Shown here: one piece after another, positions 9,741 through 18,083 of the stretch
Position numbering within the stretch: the stretch's first letter is position 1
How the letters are laid out: every line of letters begins with the position of its first letter
Assembly: GCF_044324875.1 (NCBI RefSeq)
Contig: NZ_CP172185.1
Length of the DNA: 64,000 nt
Direction: 5' to 3' (one strand)
DNA from: Escherichia coli
GTDB lineage: Bacteria > Pseudomonadota > Gammaproteobacteria > Enterobacterales > Enterobacteriaceae
Translations under genes and position numbers: made by a program
The notes under the pieces: model-generated
What the model saw: only the letters and a program-made list of their open reading frames with translations
What the model was told of the DNA's origin: nothing
Databases searched by the model: none

Positions 9741-10076
9741 ATGTCACAGACCCCATCCGATACTTTTAAATTGTCTTATCCCTTCACCACTGCTGCAGGC
9801 ACCAGAATTGAGCTGGTTGAACTGAAACGCCTGACGGTAAAAGACCTGAAGCAGGTGCGCAAAATCAGCAAAAACCCGGCAGACTGGGACGAACCGCTGA
9901 TTGCCCGCAGTACTGGTCTTCTCCCGGAAGATCTCGACAATATGGATCTGGCTGATTACCTGCAGTTACAGAAACGATTTCAGCTCATCACGGGGATGGG
10001 TGAGAGCGACAAAGGCGCTGACGCAGGCGCAGGGGCTGCTGGCGAGATGGTTCCGGTTTCAGCCGGGGGAGATTGA
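9741..10076 (+). CDS. Tail assembly chaperone (P2 gpE / lambda G analogue)
   Basis: 111 aa between tube and tape measure genes; RBS AGGAG before ATG. Confidence 0.65.
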   Translation: MSQTPSDTFKLSYPFTTAAGTRIELVELKRLTVKDLKQVRKISKNPADWDEPLIARSTGLLPEDLDNMDLADYLQLQKRFQLITGMGESDKGADAGAGAAGEMVPVSAGGD

Positions 10077-10158
10077 TGCCCTCGATACTGACGATCTGGA
10101 GATGTGGCTGGAGCAGGCTGAAGAGCAAATAAAAAGCGAGTACGGCGACAAATCATAG
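9901..10158 (+). other. Overlapping open frame (+1 relative to chaperone); candidate programmed-frameshift extension
   Basis: Frame open 9901-10158 with no ATG; G5 run at 10062-10070 just before the chaperone stop. Confidence 0.4.
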
Positions 10159-10163
10159 TACAG

Positions 10164-10190
10164 ACAGCCGCCAGTAGCGGCTGTTCTGCG
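10164..10190 (+). terminator. Hairpin ACAGCCGC-CAGTA-GCGGCTGT after chaperone region
   Basis: 8-bp perfect stem, weakly U-rich tail. Confidence 0.3.
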
Positions 10191-10233
10191 TTATCCCCTC
10201 ACGTCTTTTCACCTTCCCCGGAGGTTAACCACT

Positions 10234-13185
10234 ATGTCGGGACAGTTTTCAGTCGGCGTTGTTATCGGCGGGATGATTGGCAGCACATTCCGTTCTGCAA
10301 TGAGCGGTACCCGCCGTGCGCTTGATTCCCTGAGCGATACCTCACGCCGCCTGCAGGAACGTCAGAACGCTTTAACCCGTGCAACAGAACGTTATGGTCA
10401 ACTGGGCTCTTCCCGGATGCAGCATCTCAACAGCGAGCTGCTGCGGGTAAGCCGCACCATGGAGCAAATTGAGCGCCAGCAGCGCCGTCTGTCAGCGGCA
10501 TCAGCCACCAGTGATGCGCTGAAAGCTAACCGCATGGCGCTGTATGGTCAGGGGATTGAAGCGTATGGCATGGCACAGACTGTTTATCATACGGTTTCCC
10601 CTGCCGTTCAGCAGTCCATGTCTTTTCAGGACAAAATGATTGATATGTCGATCACCGCAAAATATGACAATAAAACGCGGGATGCACTTGCCGGACAGAT
10701 AAAAGGCTGGGCGCAAAAATACAATCAGTATCAGGATGAACTGCAGGAGGCGGTGGGTTCGCTCATCAGCGACAATATTGATAACTTGTCAGATATCGGT
10801 TTTCTGATGCCGGATATTGCCCGCGCGGCAACGGCAACACGCACGTCATCTCAGGACTGGGCAAAAGTGGCCGCAGTCTGGCAAAACTCCCTGAAAGGTG
10901 CGGCCAGAGATTTTAGTGCCGTCCAGAATATTATGGCTTATGCCGGTGACCAGGGGTCATTTGAAATCCCGGATCAGGTCAAGTGGATGCAGTCCCTGGC
11001 CCCAATGATGGCGGGTATTGCCAGTGGAAAAGAGGCTGTTGCTGAAATCGGGGCCAGTCTCCAGATAGCAAAAATCGGTGCGGGCTCCACCGACGAAGCA
11101 GCCAATAATTTTAAAAACTTTCTTACCAAAATTTTTGCCCGCGATACTCAGAAACAGTTTGCTGATCTGGGTATTGATTTGCAGGGTTCTGTTGCGAGTT
11201 ATAAGGCTGCGGGGATCTCTCCGATTGAAGGGATGTTGAGTGTTATAGAACGTTACCTCAATGCCAAAAGCCCCGAAGCGCTGGCCGGCTTCAAATCCGC
11301 CATGAAAATAAAGAATGATACGGCAAGAGATGAGGCACTTCAGGCTCTGGCGAAAAACTTTGGTCTGGGCGATATGTTCGCGGATATGCAGGTCATGGCA
11401 TTTATCCGCCCGATGCTGGCCAACATGGACAGATATCGCGAGATCCGTGCCGGTGCTCTCAGGGCTGCGGATAACGATTTGCTTGCCAGTGCTTACGATC
11501 AGCGGCTGAAATCTCCCCTTGAAGCCACTAAAGCGCTTATGGTCAGCAGTCGCGATCTGGCTATTACGCTGGGCGATCAGCTCGCCCCCTCTTTTATTTC
11601 TCTGACTCAGGAGCTGATCCCACTCATTCAGGGGGCAAAACACTGGGTGGCGACTCACCCGCAATTTGTCAGTGGGGCTTTTAAGCTCATCAGTGCGCTC
11701 CTTGCGATTAAGATAGCGACTGTTGGTCTCAAACTGGGGCTGAATCTCCTTATTTCCCCCTTTGTGAACGTCTGGAAAACTGCTGTTTTACTCCGGACCA
11801 ACTGGCATCGACTGACTACCGCACTAGGAGAAGGTGGCAAATTACGCTGGCTTGTCACTGGATTTAGCCGACTGACCAGCGGAGGACTGAAACTCAGCAA
11901 AGTTCTGGCGGGCAGCCTCGTTCGCGGTTTTATGAGCGCTGCACGTGCCGTTCTCTGGATTGGGCGAGCGCTGATGATGAATCCCATCGGTCTCGTTATC
12001 ACCGCTGTCGCGGCAGCAGCTTACCTTATCTACCGCAACTGGGGGACAGTCAGTGGCTGGTTTAAACAGCGCTGGGCTGACATTCAGGAAGCCTTTAACG
12101 GCGGTATCGCGGGAACTGGTAAGCTGCTGATTAACTGGTCGCCGGCAGGGCTGCTCTATAAAGCCTTTGCGGCTGCGCTGAAATATTTCGGCGTTGCTCT
12201 GCCGGCAAAGTTCACCGACTTCGGTGGCCATCTTGTCGACGGTCTGATTAACGGTATCAAAAACAAATGGGGGTCGCTCAAATCCAGTGTAACCGGAATG
12301 GGTGACAGCATCAGTAGCTGGTTTAAACAGTGCTGGTCTGACATTCAGGAGGCCTTTAACGGCGGTATCGCGGGAACTGGTAAGCTGCTGATTAACTGGT
12401 CGCCGGCAGGTCTGCTCTATAAAGCCTTTGCAGCTGCGCTGAAATATCTTGGTGTTGATCTGCCGGCAAAGTTCACCGACTTCGGTGGCCATCTTGTCGA
12501 CGGTCTGATTAACGGTATCAAAAACAAATGGGAGTCGCTCAAATCCAGTGTAACCGGAATGGGTGACAGCATCAGTGGCTGGTTCAGTGAAAAGCTGGGT
12601 ATTCATTCGCCGAGCCGCGTGTTTATGGGCTTTGGTGACAATATCGCGCAGGGGGCCGCCATTGGCCTGCAGCGGAGCACTCCGATTGCAGCTCTGGCCG
12701 GGCAGCGAATGGCCAGTGAACTGCTCCCCAGAATGCCCGTGAGCATTCAGGGGCCAGAAATACGGGATAACACTTCAGGTGTTCGCTTCAGTATGCCGTT
12801 GCCCGATATCAACGGGTTTATGTCGTCTGCTAAAAATGCGATCGGATCCGTAATCAATAGTTTGTCTTCCATGCCCGCTATTCCGATCTCCACCCGGGCA
12901 TCGACTTTACCAGGTCAACGTCTGGCAAATGAGATGACACCGGATGTTCCCCGTATCCCCTCGCCTGAAATCCTGGCTGCCGGATATTCAGGCCGTGGTG
13001 CAGCTGCAACCGGCGGTGGAACGTCTGGTGGTATCCAGGTCAGCTTTAATCCTCAGTTTTTCCTCAATGGCAGGGAAACCACAGCGCCTGCAGGACTGAC
13101 TGGTGCCCTGAATATGAGTCTGCATGAGCTGGAAAAAATGCTGGAGCGTCTGCTGGCTCAGAAACAACGTAAGGAGTACCGCTGA
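10234..13185 (+). CDS. Tail tape measure protein
   Basis: 983 aa, N-terminal coiled-coil-like region, hydrophobic core segments, position between chaperone and baseplate genes. Confidence 0.9.
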   Translation: MSGQFSVGVVIGGMIGSTFRSAMSGTRRALDSLSDTSRRLQERQNALTRATERYGQLGSSRMQHLNSELLRVSRTMEQIERQQRRLSAASATSDALKANRMALYGQGIEAYGMAQTVYHTVSPAVQQSMSFQDKMIDMSITAKYDNKTRDALAGQIKGWAQKYNQYQDELQEAVGSLISDNIDNLSDIGFLMPDIARAATATRTSSQDWAKVAAVWQNSLKGAARDFSAVQNIMAYAGDQGSFEIPDQVKWMQSLAPMMAGIASGKEAVAEIGASLQIAKIGAGSTDEAANNFKNFLTKIFARDTQKQFADLGIDLQGSVASYKAAGISPIEGMLSVIERYLNAKSPEALAGFKSAMKIKNDTARDEALQALAKNFGLGDMFADMQVMAFIRPMLANMDRYREIRAGALRAADNDLLASAYDQRLKSPLEATKALMVSSRDLAITLGDQLAPSFISLTQELIPLIQGAKHWVATHPQFVSGAFKLISALLAIKIATVGLKLGLNLLISPFVNVWKTAVLLRTNWHRLTTALGEGGKLRWLVTGFSRLTSGGLKLSKVLAGSLVRGFMSAARAVLWIGRALMMNPIGLVITAVAAAAYLIYRNWGTVSGWFKQRWADIQEAFNGGIAGTGKLLINWSPAGLLYKAFAAALKYFGVALPAKFTDFGGHLVDGLINGIKNKWGSLKSSVTGMGDSISSWFKQCWSDIQEAFNGGIAGTGKLLINWSPAGLLYKAFAAALKYLGVDLPAKFTDFGGHLVDGLINGIKNKWESLKSSVTGMGDSISGWFSEKLGIHSPSRVFMGFGDNIAQGAAIGLQRSTPIAALAGQRMASELLPRMPVSIQGPEIRDNTSGVRFSMPLPDINGFMSSAKNAIGSVINSLSSMPAIPISTRASTLPGQRLANEMTPDVPRIPSPEILAAGYSGRGAAATGGGTSGGIQVSFNPQFFLNGRETTAPAGLTGALNMSLHELEKMLERLLAQKQRKEYR
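12058..12582 (+). repeat. Direct tandem duplication, 2 x 261 bp (87 aa), inside tape measure gene
   Basis: Copies at about 12058-12318 and 12319-12579 differ at about 11 positions. Confidence 0.9.
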
Positions 13186-14069
13186 TGTTTGCCGTACTGG
13201 GTGATATTGAGTTTGATCTGATTACCTACTGGGACGGCTTCGAGGCCACGTTCGGCGTCGATTATGCGGAGCATGCCCGCATCGGGGGTAAGCCTGGCCT
13301 GCAGTTCGTCGGCGACAGGCTGGACGAAATCCAGATAAGTCTGGTCTTCCATCAGCATTATTGTGCACCCGATGTGGAGCTGGCGAGACTGCGAACAACC
13401 ATGAAAGCCCATCAGGCACTGGCGCTGGTCTTCGGCAACGGTGACTATCGTGGCTGGTTCGTGATTACCGATGTGACCGCAACCAGCGAGCAGACAGACA
13501 GCACCGGTAACGTGCTGGCTGTCAGTGCCACCGTGTCTCTCCGGGAATACACCGGTGATCCGAAAAATCCTCTGCAACCACCGGCAATACGCACGAAGCT
13601 CCCGGGTGTCGGGGCGGTCTCCGGTGCCATTCCTTCACCTTCAGGGGTGGCGCAGTTCATCCGCAACGGCGTCAACTATGCGAAACAGGCGCAGTCTGTA
13701 CTCCAGACCACTATCAGCGCCGTTCGGGTGACACAGAAAATGAAGGATAACCCCGTTGTCGCACTGACCCGTGTGCCGGGGCTGATGAGCGGACTGGGTA
13801 ATATCTCCGGGGCTCTGGGGAAAAGTGTTCCGGCGTTTAACGCACTCTCTGAATCCATGCCCGATGCCATCAGTCTGGCCAGAACAGCCAGCGAAGCAGC
13901 CACGTATGTACAGCAGGCACAGTCTGCGCTGAGTGGTGTGGACAAAAGAAATATTGCAGGTGCTCTGGATACCGTTTCCGGGCAGCTTAACGCCGCCAGC
14001 ACAGCATTCAACCGCATGTCTCCGGGATTAAGTGCAATGGCCGCCAGAATACTGACGAGGAGTGTGTGA
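13185..14069 (+). CDS. Tail protein (P2 gpU-like / DNA-circulation N-domain family)
   Basis: 294 aa, ATGA overlap with tape measure, position before baseplate hub. Confidence 0.6.
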   Translation: MFAVLGDIEFDLITYWDGFEATFGVDYAEHARIGGKPGLQFVGDRLDEIQISLVFHQHYCAPDVELARLRTTMKAHQALALVFGNGDYRGWFVITDVTATSEQTDSTGNVLAVSATVSLREYTGDPKNPLQPPAIRTKLPGVGAVSGAIPSPSGVAQFIRNGVNYAKQAQSVLQTTISAVRVTQKMKDNPVVALTRVPGLMSGLGNISGALGKSVPAFNALSESMPDAISLARTASEAATYVQQAQSALSGVDKRNIAGALDTVSGQLNAASTAFNRMSPGLSAMAARILTRSV

Positions 14070-14281
14070 TGTTTCTTGAACATGTTACCCGTGACGGAGA
14101 GCGCTGGGATTCGCTGGCATGGCAGTACTACGGTGACCCGCTGGGCTATCCCCGGATTATTGCCGCCAATCCGCACGTGGCCATCACGCCGGTGCTGCCC
14201 TCCGGGCTGTTGTTACTGATCCCGGTGATTGAGGCTGAAGAAGCCCGTACAGAAGAGGATATTGCCCCATGGCTGAGATAA
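14069..14281 (+). CDS. Tail protein X-like (small LysM-like)
   Basis: 70 aa, ATGA overlap; resembles P2 gpX pattern. Confidence 0.55.
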   Translation: MFLEHVTRDGERWDSLAWQYYGDPLGYPRIIAANPHVAITPVLPSGLLLLIPVIEAEEARTEEDIAPWLR

Positions 14282-15423
14282 ACAGCACTGCGCAAGTCAC
14301 TTCAGCGTTAACCAGCGTCAGCGATGTGCTGACACCGGTGTTCACTCTGTGGTATCTGCAGAAAAACATCACCTCTGATATCGCGCCTTATGTCACCCGT
14401 GTGACCTGGAGCGATAACATCAAAAATGAGTCCGATACCATTGAGGTGGAGCTGGACGACACCGATGGCCGCTGGCTGGATAAGTGGTATCCGGGCAAGG
14501 GTGACACGCTGACGCTGAAAATGGGCTATCAGGGCGAGAAGCTGCTGTCCTGCGGTACGTTCTCTATAGACGAGATCGAAGTGAGTTCGCCCGCTTCCGT
14601 TGTTTCTATCCGTGGGGTGGCCACCTCGGTTAACAGTGCTCTGCGGACTAAAACCAGTCGTGGTTTTGAGAACACCACGCTGGCAGCTGTTGCGGGGCGG
14701 ATTGCCAGAAAGCACCGACTGAAACTGGTGGGCAGCATTGAGTCCATCAGAATCGACCGGGTGACCCAGTATGCTGAAACCGACGTGGGTTTTCTGCGCC
14801 GGCTGGCCAGCGAGTATGGTTATGCAGTGAAAGTGGTCAGTGACCAGCTGATTTTTTCTCATCTGGCCACACTGCGCAGTCAGGAGCCGGTCAGGCAGTT
14901 AAAACCGCAGGATGTGGCCCGCTTTTCCCTGCGTGACACCATCAACCGGGTCTATAAATCTGCAAAGGTAAAACACCAGAAAAGCAGCAGTAAAAAACTG
15001 ATCGTCTACGAAGCTGATGGTGGTACCCGTGAAAGCGACAAAAAGCTCAAAGGTGGTAAGGTTACCAGCGCTGACTCACTTAAAGTTAACAGCCGCGTCA
15101 GCGACCCGGACAGTGCCCGGATTAAAGCGGATTCAGCACTGGCCAGACATAACGAATACCAGCAGAACGGCTCCCTGACGCTGACGGGAACACCTCAACT
15201 GACAGCAGGCAACAAAATTGAACTGGTGGGTTTTGGGCAGTTATCCGGGCCATGGCTCATAACCACTGCCCGCCATGCGTTTGACCGTAACAGCGGCTAC
15301 ACCACAGAGCTGGAAGTGGCACGGGGGCCAGTCACAAGAGGGAAAAAACAAAAAACTCAGAAACTCACGGTTTATCACCCGGATGGCAGTACATCGACGG
15401 TGATTAAGGAGAAGAAAAAATGA
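14269..15423 (+). CDS. Baseplate hub / tail protein (P2 gpD-like, Mu P-like)
   Basis: 384 aa, position between X-like and spike genes. Confidence 0.75.
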   Translation: MAEINSTAQVTSALTSVSDVLTPVFTLWYLQKNITSDIAPYVTRVTWSDNIKNESDTIEVELDDTDGRWLDKWYPGKGDTLTLKMGYQGEKLLSCGTFSIDEIEVSSPASVVSIRGVATSVNSALRTKTSRGFENTTLAAVAGRIARKHRLKLVGSIESIRIDRVTQYAETDVGFLRRLASEYGYAVKVVSDQLIFSHLATLRSQEPVRQLKPQDVARFSLRDTINRVYKSAKVKHQKSSSKKLIVYEADGGTRESDKKLKGGKVTSADSLKVNSRVSDPDSARIKADSALARHNEYQQNGSLTLTGTPQLTAGNKIELVGFGQLSGPWLITTARHAFDRNSGYTTELEVARGPVTRGKKQKTQKLTVYHPDGSTSTVIKEKKK

Positions 15424-16016
15424 CTGGTGTCACTCGTCAGGTCGGTACGGTCAGTGCCGTTGATGCCGACAGGGTTCAGGCCCGCGTTCGTCTGCCTGAA
15501 TGCGATAACCTGCGCACAAACTGGCTTAACGTGCTGCAGCGCAATACCCAGGATAACAAAGATTACTGGCTCCCTGACGTGGGGGAGCAGGTTGAGGTGC
15601 TGCTCGATGCCAACGGCGAGGATGGTGTTATTCTGGGCGCGGTGTATTCAGACGTCGATAAACCACCGTTCAGTGACAAAAATATCCGGGGAACCCGGTT
15701 TGCTGATGGTGCAGAGTACAGCTACAACCGGAAGACGCACACTCTGACCATCCGGGGCGGCATTGAGCATATTGTCATTGAGTGTGGTGCTGATGTGGTA
15801 TTGAAAACACAGAAAGCCACGATTGACGCACCGGAAACCGAACTTACCGGAGATCTGCGTGTCAGGGGAAAGCTGATTTACGAAGGAGGCATGGCGGGTT
15901 CTGGTGGTAAAGGTGTTACCGCGACCATCCATGGCAATATCGAGATTAAAGGGAATGCCCATGCCACGGGCAGTATGCTGTCTGATGGCGAAAACTCCAG
16001 CCACCACTCCCACTGA
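15420..16016 (+). CDS. Baseplate spike (gpV-like)
   Basis: 198 aa, ATGA overlap, Gly-rich C-terminus. Confidence 0.75.
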   Translation: MTGVTRQVGTVSAVDADRVQARVRLPECDNLRTNWLNVLQRNTQDNKDYWLPDVGEQVEVLLDANGEDGVILGAVYSDVDKPPFSDKNIRGTRFADGAEYSYNRKTHTLTIRGGIEHIVIECGADVVLKTQKATIDAPETELTGDLRVRGKLIYEGGMAGSGGKGVTATIHGNIEIKGNAHATGSMLSDGENSSHHSH

Positions 16017-16070
16017 GCTTCTTAAACGCCTTTAATATCAGCGTTCCCGCACGGGGGCAATACTGCCCCC

Positions 16071-16418
16071 ATGAAAACGACCTCAGTATTCTGGCAACCA
16101 GCCCTGCAGGCTCCCGGCGAAATTGTCCGGGGGCTGGATGATATCCGGCAGGCGATTCAAATTATCCTGCGGACTCCCCGCGGCAGCGACCCGCATCGCC
16201 CGGAGTTCGGCAGCAATCTGCATCTTTATATCGACTGGCCTGTAGACCGGGCCATTCCGCATGTGGTGCGCGAATCCGTCGATGCCATCCGGCGCTGGGA
16301 GCCCCGCTGCCAGCTTATGTCAGTTAAACCCGCCGTCGACGGCGAACATCTTACGCTCCGGGTGAGCTGGAAAGGCTCAGACGGACAGACCCGGACTCAG
16401 GAGCTGCTATGGCGCTGA
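16071..16418 (+). CDS. Baseplate wedge protein (GPW/gp25-like)
   Basis: 115 aa with WEPR motif; immediately before J-like gene. Confidence 0.75.
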   Translation: MKTTSVFWQPALQAPGEIVRGLDDIRQAIQIILRTPRGSDPHRPEFGSNLHLYIDWPVDRAIPHVVRESVDAIRRWEPRCQLMSVKPAVDGEHLTLRVSWKGSDGQTRTQELLWR

Positions 16419-17512
16419 CAGAACCCGATTTTATTGAACGCGATGCCGACAAAATCACGGCAGAAATGATTGCGAAGTATGAAGCGGATACCGGCAAAAC
16501 GCTGTACCCGGCACAGGCAGAACGTCTGCTGATTGATCTGTGGGCCTATCGCGAAATGCTGGTCAGGGTTGCGGTACAGGAGGCAGCAAAGCAGAATCTG
16601 GTCGCCTTTGCCCGTGAGCCGATGATTGATTACCTCGGTGAACTGGTCGGTGTATACCGTCTTGCCGCGCAGCCTGCCACCACCACGCTCCAGTTCTCCG
16701 TAGATGAGGCACTGGCCATTGATGTGCTGATCCCGGCAGGCACCCGCGTCAGCGCTTCCGACAGCGTTATTTTTGCCACCGATACAGATGTGGTACTGAA
16801 GCCCGGATTGCTGCTGGTCAATGTCACGTCCACCTGTACCGAACCCGGTACCGCTGGTAACGGCTGGCAACCTGCGCAGGTCAGTCAGTTACTCGATGAG
16901 ATTGATAACGTCGACCTGCTGGTGAGCAATCTGACGGCCAGTTCCGGCGGTTCAGAACAGGAAGACGATGACAGGCTCCGGGAGCGTATCAGGCTGGCCC
17001 CGGAGTCATTCACCAATGCCGGAAGCCGTGGCGCATACCGCTTTCATGCCATGCAGGCCCATCCCAACATTGTCGATGTTGCTGTGCTTTCCCCGGTTCC
17101 CGGGACCGTAGATCTGTATCCGCTGCTCAGTACCGGTCTGCCGGACGGCGGTGTTCTCACGCTGGTAGAGAGTTTCTGCTCTGATGAGAAAGTCAGGCCA
17201 CTCACTGATACAGTGCGGGCTAAAACACCAGTGAAGGTGGATTACACCATTGAAGCCAGGATTACGATCTATCGTGATCAGGATGCCAGGTCTGTAAAAG
17301 ATGCCGCTAACAGCGCCATACAGAACTGGGTGGCATCACGTGCCGCCACGCTGGGGCGTGATATTGTCCCCAGCCAGATTATCAGTGCATTGTCCGTTTC
17401 CGGGGTGTACCAGGTTGAACTGGTGACACCGGCACTGCGGGTGGTGGCAGAAAACGAATGGGCAAACTGTACGGCAATCACTCTTAACATGAGTGGAGTG
17501 TCTGATGACTGA
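16409..17512 (+). CDS. Baseplate J-like protein
   Basis: 367 aa, position and size. Confidence 0.8.
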   Translation: MALTEPDFIERDADKITAEMIAKYEADTGKTLYPAQAERLLIDLWAYREMLVRVAVQEAAKQNLVAFAREPMIDYLGELVGVYRLAAQPATTTLQFSVDEALAIDVLIPAGTRVSASDSVIFATDTDVVLKPGLLLVNVTSTCTEPGTAGNGWQPAQVSQLLDEIDNVDLLVSNLTASSGGSEQEDDDRLRERIRLAPESFTNAGSRGAYRFHAMQAHPNIVDVAVLSPVPGTVDLYPLLSTGLPDGGVLTLVESFCSDEKVRPLTDTVRAKTPVKVDYTIEARITIYRDQDARSVKDAANSAIQNWVASRAATLGRDIVPSQIISALSVSGVYQVELVTPALRVVAENEWANCTAITLNMSGVSDD

Positions 17513-18083
17513 GCCATTACAACTCCCGCCACCGCTTGAGGGTGATATCAGTCTCAGGACGCTGGGAAGACTGGCAGGACGGCTGGATAACATCGACCTG
17601 AGCGTACTGATGGTCTTTCTCGTCGATATCGTCGACAGTTCCGCGCTGCCATGGCTGGGCGAGCAGTTCTCACTGTCTGGCGATGGCTGGGAGCTGGCGG
17701 AATCGGACGATGTTCGCCGCATGCTTATAAAAGCAGCCATCGAACTGCACCGGTATAAAGGGACGCCGTGGTCAATCCGGGAAGTTATCCGCCGTTTTGG
17801 CTTTGGTGAAGTGGATCTGATTGAAGGCACAGGTCGTCTCAGTTACGACGGCAATCGCAGCTATAACGGACTGTTTGTTCATGGAGATGCAGCCGCCTGG
17901 GCAGTTTATCGCGTTATTCTGAAACAGCCCATTACTAACGATCAGGCCGCGATGCTGCGTCAGACGCTGGCTGCATTTGCACCGGCCCGCTGCCATCTGG
18001 CCAGCCTGGAGTATCAGTCTGTGGCCATTCGCTATAACAATACCGCCATCCATGATGGCAGTTATAACCACGGGAGCAGTTGA
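17505..18083 (+). CDS. Baseplate/tail protein (P2 gpI-like)
   Basis: ATG at 17505 overlapping J stop; 192 aa, directly before fibre gene. Confidence 0.7.
   Translation: MTEPLQLPPPLEGDISLRTLGRLAGRLDNIDLSVLMVFLVDIVDSSALPWLGEQFSLSGDGWELAESDDVRRMLIKAAIELHRYKGTPWSIREVIRRFGFGEVDLIEGTGRLSYDGNRSYNGLFVHGDAAAWAVYRVILKQPITNDQAAMLRQTLAAFAPARCHLASLEYQSVAIRYNNTAIHDGSYNHGSS

Noticed and set aside
11842-12606. 254-aa minus-strand ORF with internal repetition
   Set aside because: Antisense to the tape measure gene; its repetition just mirrors the 261-bp duplication on the + strand.
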